Positions 17,835 through 24,116 of a DNA stretch of 24,116 nucleotides are shown one piece after another. The number at the start of each line of letters is the position of its first letter. The first letter of the stretch is position 1. The notes under the pieces are model-generated. The model was not told where the DNA came from. It worked only from the letters and a program-made list of their open reading frames with translations, and did not search any database. The stretch spans positions 1 to 24,116 of IMG/VR virus record IMGVR_UViG_3300046103_000089; one strand, written 5' to 3'. This DNA comes from a virus. Taxonomy: Duplodnaviria; Caudoviricetes. Made by a program: the position numbers and the translations under genes.

Positions 17835-18017
17835 AAAACGTTACTATTACCTGCCAACTTATTGGAGTGGCAAAATAATCCGTGTACCCCGTATCGTGAG
17901 GAGACGAATCCGTAACTTTTACGAGAACGACCTCGACCTTTTTAACGTCTTGATAGACGAAATACGTTGATTAACCTGAAACGATCAGGGTCAGATATCG
18001 TTCTGACTTAACGAATT
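17835..18017 (-). ncRNA. Candidate structured cis-regulatory RNA in the capsid 5' leader (tandem pseudoknots/hairpins)
   Basis: Non-coding gap in an otherwise packed operon, with many complementary segments: UCGUU/AACGA, GUCAG/CUGAC, CCUGA/UCAGG, CGUCU/AGACG, CGAGG/UCUCG, UCGU/ACGA, AUUAUUUUGCCA/UGGCAGGUAAU, AAAAGUUAC/GUAACGUUUU. Folding was done by eye. Confidence 0.65.
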
Positions 18018-18022
18018 CTTAT

Positions 18023-18051
18023 ATAGTACACCAGTGTTTATCCAAAGTCAC
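18023..18051 (-). promoter_or_regulatory. Candidate sigma70-type promoter for the leader + capsid transcript
   Basis: -35 GTGACT (18051-18046), 17-nt spacer, -10 TACTAT (18028-18023); the predicted start near 18016-18017 coincides with the first structured module. Confidence 0.55.
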
Positions 18052-19060
18052 CACGCATTCTGCGTAAAGTTTCTTCTGGCAATGCACTAAACTCATCATC
18101 TGATAAAGTTTTTACGTCTAACGTAGACTCACCCCTATCTGAATTGCTTTCCCCTTTTAGTTCTGGGGGTTGTGCATTAGCTGCAGCTAATTTTTTAGTT
18201 ACTGTAGCTTGTTTCTTTTTTTCATTAACTTCTTTTAAATTAGGGGAGGCTACAACGCTTTCCTCAGATACATTTAAAAGTTCTGGGGCTTTAACTGCTA
18301 AAGTATAAGTAGCTGCTTTTTTTAAAGCATCACTTGCATCGTACCCTTGCACAACAAAAGCATCTCGTAGATCTATAACTTCTTTTTGTAGTTCCGCATC
18401 ATAATCTGGGCTGTTTTCGTCAAGAATAGGATATGAGGCTTCTATTTCTTTTGCAGCCGTTTGTAAATTCATTACTTCTTGGCTTTGTTGCACCGTCTGT
18501 CCCATTTGTTGCTGTACTTCAAACATTACTTGTTGTTTTTCTGCCGCTCTCATCTCATTACGTAAAGAAGTAGCTTTATCAGATTCTCCGTCTAAAACAA
18601 GTTGTTGGTACTCTATCTCTTTAGAAGAAAAATCAAACTCTGGGGCTTCTTGTATTACTTCTGCCTTTTTTTGATTTTGATCGTCTAACTGTTTTTGCAA
18701 AGCTTTTTGTTTAGCTAAAACTTCGTCTAACCTAGATTTAGGAACCATAGGAGATTTTTTTCTGTCTACAGGTTCTTCTTGTAGCTCTCCATCATCTCCT
18801 GAAAGAACTTCTTCTGTAGGTTCCTTAGTTTCTTTTTCTGCAACAATTTCTCCTTCTGTTTCTGCAACAGTTTCTTCTTCTTCCTCTGAATTTTCTTCTG
18901 CTGTTTCTTCAGTATCATCAGTTTCTTCTGAGTCTTCATTGTTTTCCTCAAAGCTTAAATCTATACCAAAGCCATCTTTTTCTTCTTTGCTTACAGGGTC
19001 TGCACCTGGCATGGTTTCAAATTGCACATCTTGGTTTTCTACACTCTTCTCTTCGGCCAT
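18038..19060 (-). CDS. Capsid scaffolding protein
   Basis: 340 aa, very acidic N-terminus, VPKSRLDEV then coiled coil, C-terminal LSDDEFSALPEETLRRMRGD; lies between portal and capsid genes; AGGAG RBS. Confidence 0.8.
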   Translation of the reverse strand: MAEEKSVENQDVQFETMPGADPVSKEEKDGFGIDLSFEENNEDSEETDDTEETAEENSEEEEETVAETEGEIVAEKETKEPTEEVLSGDDGELQEEPVDRKKSPMVPKSRLDEVLAKQKALQKQLDDQNQKKAEVIQEAPEFDFSSKEIEYQQLVLDGESDKATSLRNEMRAAEKQQVMFEVQQQMGQTVQQSQEVMNLQTAAKEIEASYPILDENSPDYDAELQKEVIDLRDAFVVQGYDASDALKKAATYTLAVKAPELLNVSEESVVASPNLKEVNEKKKQATVTKKLAAANAQPPELKGESNSDRGESTLDVKTLSDDEFSALPEETLRRMRGDFG

Positions 19061-19069
19061 AAGTTACTC

Positions 19070-21190
19070 CTATTTATTATTTTTACTGGCGTTCTGCATA
19101 GCAGCCGATGCTATTTTAGTAGCGGACTGCATCTCTGATTGTCCACGTCTAACTTCATTAGTCATTTCTGACAAGCTTTGACGTAGAGCAAGTTCTTCTC
19201 TCCTTATTTGTAGTTCAGACTGTATCTTACCTACTTCAATTTGTGGTTGGACATCTGTCATGTCTTGTACTTTAGCTATGTTAACAGCTGACTCAGATTG
19301 TAACTTAGAAACTTCTGCTTCTAGTTTTGCTATCTCTAATTGTACTTGTCTAATTTGTGCTTCCATTTGGAATTGTTGCATTTGTGCCTCTTCTTCAGTA
19401 GGTGGCTCTTGGCCAGTCATTATTCTTATTCGTCTTGCTAATTCTTCTTTTCTCTTAAGGTGTGAATACTCTACTATCATATCATCAGGTACTGGAACCC
19501 CAACAGATTTTAATGATAACGCTTCTGCAAATTGTGTCTCATCAAAACTGTCTCTTGCAGGTTGCGTTCCTATTATTACATCATACTCCCCTAAAGTAAG
19601 GTCATTAATTACTATACCCTCGGGGGTCATTTGATTTACAACCATAGGCTCTCTAGGTTTCATAGGGTCATCTTCGTTAGTAACTTGTATTACTCTTTCT
19701 TCAGAATAAAACCTTTGTACTAGCCCTAATATATTTTCTGCTAGATAGTGCCTAGTTTTCTGTAAATTATCTAATGGCACTTGTATCATTAAAGCGCCTC
19801 TAACTTGTTTTTGTTGCATCGCTACACCAGACACTTCTTGATGGTCACTACCTAACATGGAATCATTAACCCCACTTATTTCTTTTATATTAGCGGCGGC
19901 TTTCATCCCTAACCTATCTAAACCAGTCGGTATGTTGTTGGCTGGAATTTTAGAAGGGGGGGAAGAACCTCTATTAAATTCTAATACTAGCCCAGTGGTT
20001 GCTCCGTGCTCTTCTAAATCATCAGCCGTCATACCAGTTAAAGAACCGTTCTCTACTATCCAACCACTATTTGCGGTTGTGTTTACTATATGCAACTCTT
20101 GTGAGGATATTTTATTTAACTGTTCTTGTGGAGACAATAAGTTTCTTACCATGCCAAATGGTTTTCCTCTTCTCCAATATGGGAAATAAGGAATAATAGT
20201 AAAGTCAGCATATGGTGACCAATCATCGTGCAACACTACTAGATCTGCTGTAACTGTCCATCTTACTTTTCTTGCTAATTTTTCTATTACGGCTAGACCG
20301 TACTGGTCCGCAAACTTTTCTATTTTTTTCTTACCCCATACTTCAGGCACCTGTCTTTGGTCACCAGTTTGTGGGTCTACATAAAATTTAGTTTTAACTA
20401 ATCTTCTATACTGCCTTTCTATTACTCTTATTGATCTACAAGCACCTAATTCTTCTGGGTCGTTTGGCATGTCTTTTCCATACTCTAACCCGGTACCAGT
20501 ATCTCCATATCTGTTCTCTTCATACTCTATAGAATCTATACCTAAAGTGCTCCCGTTTTCTGCGATCATACGTAACCGATCCGCCATTTTTAAACCATAC
20601 ACTTCTTCTATCTCGTCTACCGACATCCACTTAGTTTCAAAAACTTCGTTCCATGTTTTTGGGTCCCATTCTTTTGCGTCTGGGTCTATTAATATGTCTA
20701 AAGGGTCTTTTGCTTTTATTCTTACTTCACCTTCTATGTGGTCATCAAAATCCATTCGTACATCAAAGTACCCTCTATCCGCAATTAGCCCATCTGAAAA
20801 AACTTGGCTTTCTACCCAATCTAATTTGTTTGCATCACCCAACTGCATGTACAATTTTGTAAGGGTATCTGCTGTTGCTTGTTCGCCCCCGCGACGGGGT
20901 TTAAATTGTACGTCTGCTCTCCTAGAAGTTTGTTCGGCTAACACAGTGTTGACTGTGGGTAGTATTGTATTTATAGTAAGAGCAGGTCTTCCCTCACTAT
21001 CTAATTGGGCTATGTCTGCTTCGTCCCATTGTTCTCCCCTATAAAAAGCATCGCACCGTTTTGCCATGTCTATATAATCTAAATGACCATTGTCTCTTGC
21101 TCTAATGTAACGGTCCCATTGGTTTCTAGCTATCTGCGCCTCGTCAGCTGCATTTAACTTCTTCATTTTTTTATATTTTGTACTTGGCAT
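19070..21190 (-). CDS. Portal protein (P22-like)
   Basis: 706 aa; FYRGEQW...GRPALTINTI, DP.DILIDPDA, PFGMVRNL.SPQ..LNK, SGVA..Q, long C-terminal coiled coil; directly downstream of terL. Confidence 0.92.
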   Translation of the reverse strand: MPSTKYKKMKKLNAADEAQIARNQWDRYIRARDNGHLDYIDMAKRCDAFYRGEQWDEADIAQLDSEGRPALTINTILPTVNTVLAEQTSRRADVQFKPRRGGEQATADTLTKLYMQLGDANKLDWVESQVFSDGLIADRGYFDVRMDFDDHIEGEVRIKAKDPLDILIDPDAKEWDPKTWNEVFETKWMSVDEIEEVYGLKMADRLRMIAENGSTLGIDSIEYEENRYGDTGTGLEYGKDMPNDPEELGACRSIRVIERQYRRLVKTKFYVDPQTGDQRQVPEVWGKKKIEKFADQYGLAVIEKLARKVRWTVTADLVVLHDDWSPYADFTIIPYFPYWRRGKPFGMVRNLLSPQEQLNKISSQELHIVNTTANSGWIVENGSLTGMTADDLEEHGATTGLVLEFNRGSSPPSKIPANNIPTGLDRLGMKAAANIKEISGVNDSMLGSDHQEVSGVAMQQKQVRGALMIQVPLDNLQKTRHYLAENILGLVQRFYSEERVIQVTNEDDPMKPREPMVVNQMTPEGIVINDLTLGEYDVIIGTQPARDSFDETQFAEALSLKSVGVPVPDDMIVEYSHLKRKEELARRIRIMTGQEPPTEEEAQMQQFQMEAQIRQVQLEIAKLEAEVSKLQSESAVNIAKVQDMTDVQPQIEVGKIQSELQIRREELALRQSLSEMTNEVRRGQSEMQSATKIASAAMQNASKNNK

Positions 21191-21191
21191 A

Positions 21192-22829
21192 TTAAGCGCT
21201 CATTGCGGATTTTTTAGTAGAATCTTTAGCTAAGGCGTCTAATTTATCACGCCAGGACGAAACATGCTCTATATTTTCTACATAAGTTACAAACTCAGTC
21301 ATCATTAAACCAAGCCATGCTAGTGCGTCTACTTGGTCATCGTGGGTTCCATTTGGAAATCGTAAAAGTTCTGCTACAAGTGAAGAGGCCCAAACGGGGT
21401 CTTTTGGAATATATACCATGCCTTGTTGCATCCTTCCTTGTATCGCTCTTGCCCTTGCTTCTTTATCTCGGCGCCCAGTTTTTAAACCATAAAAATAAGC
21501 TTCATGAAGTTTACGTTCTTGGACACGTTTTTCTAAGAAAGGGCCAATAGCCATTTCTATATGACCTTTTTCTATACCTACGGCTAGAGGGTGCCACTTT
21601 TCATAAAGGTCTAAAATCTTTTCTACAAGTTCGTATCCGTCGAACCGGCCGCGTACAACATCTACTACGTAAAGTTGTTCATACTCATCGACCCCCATAA
21701 CCATTCCTACTGAATAGTCGTTCCTGTCTTTTTGGCCAATAGCTAAATCCCAAGCTATGTAAAATTTCATACGCTCAAAATCTACATCTTTAAAGTCGTA
21801 GTAATTAATCATACTTCTTGTAAAGTAATCACCTTCGTCTGATACTGGGTTCTGTTGGTACAACGCCGACCAATCTCGAGGGCCAATAGCTTTTTGGATT
21901 TTAGTAAGAGCTTCTAAATCGTAACGTTCTTTGTGCAAGGCTTCGCCAACATCTCTAAACTCTTCTTCTTTTTCTGCAATAGCGGGGTACTCTACTACTT
22001 CCCAAGTATCTGCTCCTTCATCAGCGGACTTTAATAGTCTCCCTGCTAAATCGTCATCGTGCCATCTTGTTAAAATTACAAGTATGCCTCCCCCTGGAGC
22101 AAGACGCGTGTACGCGGTAGAGGTGTACCAGTCCCAAACATTCTCCCTATTAAAATCTGATTCTGCGTCTTCTCTGTTTTTTACAGGGTCATCAATTACA
22201 AGTACGTGCGCTCCTTTACCTGTAATACCACCACCAACACCGGCCGCTACATAACCGCCGCCTTTAGTAGTTAACCATGCTTCAACAGACTGAGAAGTTG
22301 GATCTAATTTTGCTTCGGTAAACACATTCTTGTACAATGGTTCCCGGAGTAGATGACGGACTTTTCTACTAAAAGCCATTGCCAACGATCCAGAGTACGA
22401 ACAACTTATAAACTCGTGTTTTGGGTTTCTACCTAAATGCCAAGCGGGATAAGAAACACTAGCTAATGTTGATTTCCCATGTCGAGGTGGCATAAACAAC
22501 ATTAACCTAGGAGATTTTTTATCAACCACATCCTGACTAAACTGTTCAAGCCGTTTACATATATCTTTATGTACCCACCCCGCTTCATATTCTGGATTGA
22601 ATCTTTCTACAAAAGGGAGAAGACGTTTACGTGAAAGTATTCTTTTTGCTAATTCTTTTTGTGCTTCTTTCTGTGCGTCTAGCTCCGGTGCAGATTCTTG
22701 TGGCTCCGGTTGATCAAGGCTCTGGGCAATCTGCGCGGCGTCCGCATTACAGTACACACAAACTCCTTCGGTCAGTAAAGTAGTAGGGTGCTCTACTTTA
22801 CACTCGGTACATTTAATCTTATCTACCAC
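21192..22829 (-). CDS. terL: Terminase large subunit
   Basis: Walker A MPPRHGKS, Walker B VLVIDDP, motif III ILTRWH.DDL, nuclease motifs AWDLA...DYS and HDDQVDA; GTG start overlaps the terS TAG. Confidence 0.95.
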   Translation of the reverse strand: MVDKIKCTECKVEHPTTLLTEGVCVYCNADAAQIAQSLDQPEPQESAPELDAQKEAQKELAKRILSRKRLLPFVERFNPEYEAGWVHKDICKRLEQFSQDVVDKKSPRLMLFMPPRHGKSTLASVSYPAWHLGRNPKHEFISCSYSGSLAMAFSRKVRHLLREPLYKNVFTEAKLDPTSQSVEAWLTTKGGGYVAAGVGGGITGKGAHVLVIDDPVKNREDAESDFNRENVWDWYTSTAYTRLAPGGGILVILTRWHDDDLAGRLLKSADEGADTWEVVEYPAIAEKEEEFRDVGEALHKERYDLEALTKIQKAIGPRDWSALYQQNPVSDEGDYFTRSMINYYDFKDVDFERMKFYIAWDLAIGQKDRNDYSVGMVMGVDEYEQLYVVDVVRGRFDGYELVEKILDLYEKWHPLAVGIEKGHIEMAIGPFLEKRVQERKLHEAYFYGLKTGRRDKEARARAIQGRMQQGMVYIPKDPVWASSLVAELLRFPNGTHDDQVDALAWLGLMMTEFVTYVENIEHVSSWRDKLDALAKDSTKKSAMSA

Positions 22830-23308
22830 TATCTGCCAGGTTCCAAATACTTTTCGTCTTGCCCTGCAAGTTTTACTAACTCATCATCGGACAGCTTTTC
22901 TAGCTGCTGTACTCTGTCCACGTTAATATTTATTTGAGTGGCGTTTTCTGGGACAAAGAGTCCATGTAGTTTACATAACGAGTCAACGACATTTTTTTCT
23001 TCTGTAGAGTTAGCGGATTTTCTGTGCGCTTCGAGGTACATGTTGGTTGCTTGGTTCCTGTCAAATTTGCAATCTTCCACCATTTCGTTGCGTAGGTAGT
23101 TAATAGCATTCTGTATTGGTTCTCTTTTAAAAATCGCATAAACATTCTCCATGTTTTGGTAGCCAGCTGCACGTCCTGCGGCAGCTTTTGACATACCTTT
23201 TATAAAAAAAAGAATTAACCTTTCTTCTTGAATAGTTAATTCGTTAAGTTTCAACCCCATATATGGGAAGTGGGATTGAAGTTCGTTTCTTTCGTCGGCC
23301 TCGCTCAT
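22829..23308 (-). CDS. terS: Terminase small subunit
   Basis: 159 aa immediately upstream of terL with 1-nt overlap; N-terminal HTH-like GMSKAAAGRAAGY; C-terminal LEKLSDDEL. Confidence 0.75.
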   Translation of the reverse strand: MSEADERNELQSHFPYMGLKLNELTIQEERLILFFIKGMSKAAAGRAAGYQNMENVYAIFKREPIQNAINYLRNEMVEDCKFDRNQATNMYLEAHRKSANSTEEKNVVDSLCKLHGLFVPENATQININVDRVQQLEKLSDDELVKLAGQDEKYLEPGR

Positions 23309-23320
23309 GTGTGCATCTTA

Positions 23321-23806
23321 TCAAATATCTTCCTTATTAGTCACTATATTCTTGCACCACCAATATAGCTCCTCTTCCGGGAGTGTGTGTTTCATCATAT
23401 TTATACGGTAACAAACTAGCTGAATATTAGAAGGGTTGTATCCCGTGTGCGGATGTATTCTATCTATAGACACATTAAATTCTTTTCTACCCCCTCCATC
23501 TTTAGCAAAGGTCATTAGGATATTTGACAATGCACAACGGCCCTCTTGCAAATGCCAACGGTCGAGTAGGTCTTGTATTTCTATGTCCCAACCAAGTTCA
23601 GGGCTATTTTTTTTACGGGTATATTTTAATTGTGAGAATAAATGTTTTAAATAGGATTCTGGCGTAGCAGATTTTTTGTGGTTGGATAATTGTATTTTAC
23701 AAGCGTTACAGATCCTACGAAAGTAATGCCCTTTTGGGTGAGATATTTCGTGGAAATTTTTTTCAGGTTGATTTTTTGCACAAGATGCGCAAATACGCTT
23801 ATTCAT
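23321..23806 (-). CDS. HNH-like (beta-beta-alpha-Me) endonuclease with an N-terminal Zn-finger
   Basis: CASC...CNAC at the N-terminus; QEGRCALS...SIDRI....GY...NIQLVC...NMMK is the DRI-variant HNH pattern common in phages. Confidence 0.75.
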   Translation of the reverse strand: MNKRICASCAKNQPEKNFHEISHPKGHYFRRICNACKIQLSNHKKSATPESYLKHLFSQLKYTRKKNSPELGWDIEIQDLLDRWHLQEGRCALSNILMTFAKDGGGRKEFNVSIDRIHPHTGYNPSNIQLVCYRINMMKHTLPEEELYWWCKNIVTNKEDI

Positions 23807-23814
23807 GCTGACTT

Positions 23815-23823
23815 ACCATAGCA
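23815..23823 (-). promoter_or_regulatory. Candidate extended -10 promoter for the packaging operon
   Basis: Minus strand TG-C-TATGGT ending 8 nt before the ATG at 23806; no Shine-Dalgarno in between. Confidence 0.35.
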
Positions 23824-23930
23824 TAGAAATTTTTCTTAGGAAATTCTTTGAAAAAATATTATCTATATCGGTGAGACACTTTCTCCCCCTTCCGACCAAA
23901 TAGACCACCCCGACTCCCATTTTAAATAAT

Positions 23931-23967
23931 TGAACCTACTTTCCGATTTTACCACCATGAACCTACT
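23931..23967. repeat. 10-bp direct repeat TGAACCTACT, two copies
   Basis: Exact copies at 23931-23940 and 23958-23967, each followed closely by CCG. Confidence 0.7.
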
Positions 23968-24078
23968 CCGGTACCCTATCTACTACTATCATACCCCCCA
24001 ATACAACCACGTCTCGTTACCTCGACGCGTCATCTAATACTTAATGTCAATCATGACTTAATAACATAGGAAACTATA

Positions 24079-24116
24079 ATGAAACATAATAATAACTCTT
24101 ACCTAGACACCGCTCT
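24079..24116 (+). CDS. Start of a divergent gene (MKHNNNSYLDTA...), truncated by the window edge
   Basis: AGGA RBS then ATG at 24079, open to the end; only 12 codons visible. Confidence 0.5.
   Translation, partial: MKHNNNSYLDTA

Noticed and set aside
17542-17970. Plus-strand 142-aa ORF spanning the capsid start and leader
   Set aside because: It is antisense to the capsid gene with no RBS or motif; the leader is better explained as structured RNA.
17835-18017. Leader as a tRNA, hammerhead ribozyme or CRISPR mini-array
   Set aside because: There is no cloverleaf or T-loop GTTCRA, no complete CUGANGA plus GAAA core on either strand, and the repeated cores are only 4-6 nt with no repeat-spacer periodicity.
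19070-22829. Intron or intein in terL or portal, or an alternative genetic code
   Set aside because: Both genes are uninterrupted and of ordinary length, with no intein motifs, and all genes read through under the standard code.
19260-23654. Antisense or alternate-frame ORFs within the portal, terL, terS and HNH genes
   Set aside because: They are nested in well-supported genes and have no independent evidence.

Overview
This window is the morphogenesis arm of an AT-rich tailed dsDNA bacteriophage with a podovirus-like gene set; the protein families suggest a marine or aquatic phage, but the host cannot be determined. Nearly all genes are on the minus strand and tightly packed, often with overlapping stop/start codons. 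Reading right to left: HNH-like nuclease, small terminase, large terminase, P22-like portal, acidic scaffold, a 230-nt non-coding leader, major capsid protein, an intrinsic terminator, a small capsid-adjacent protein, two paralogous adaptor-like proteins, a GNAT-like protein, four putative ejection proteins (the largest 2375 aa), a BppU-like protein, three tiny Lys-rich proteins (two missing from the ORF track), an 18-aa-repeat protein, a tail-collar-like protein, and a tail fibre gene running off the left edge (also missing from the track). A divergent plus-strand gene begins at the right edge. The three most notable observations are: (1) the capsid leader, which has its own candidate promoter and folds by eye into tandem small pseudoknot modules built on CGU/ACG pairs, a candidate undescribed structured RNA; (2) the giant ejection protein, which combines an N-terminal GH24 lysozyme with an HExxH metallopeptidase motif; and (3) the coupled cassette of three very basic micro-proteins. 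All family calls come from motif recognition and gene order; no searches were run.
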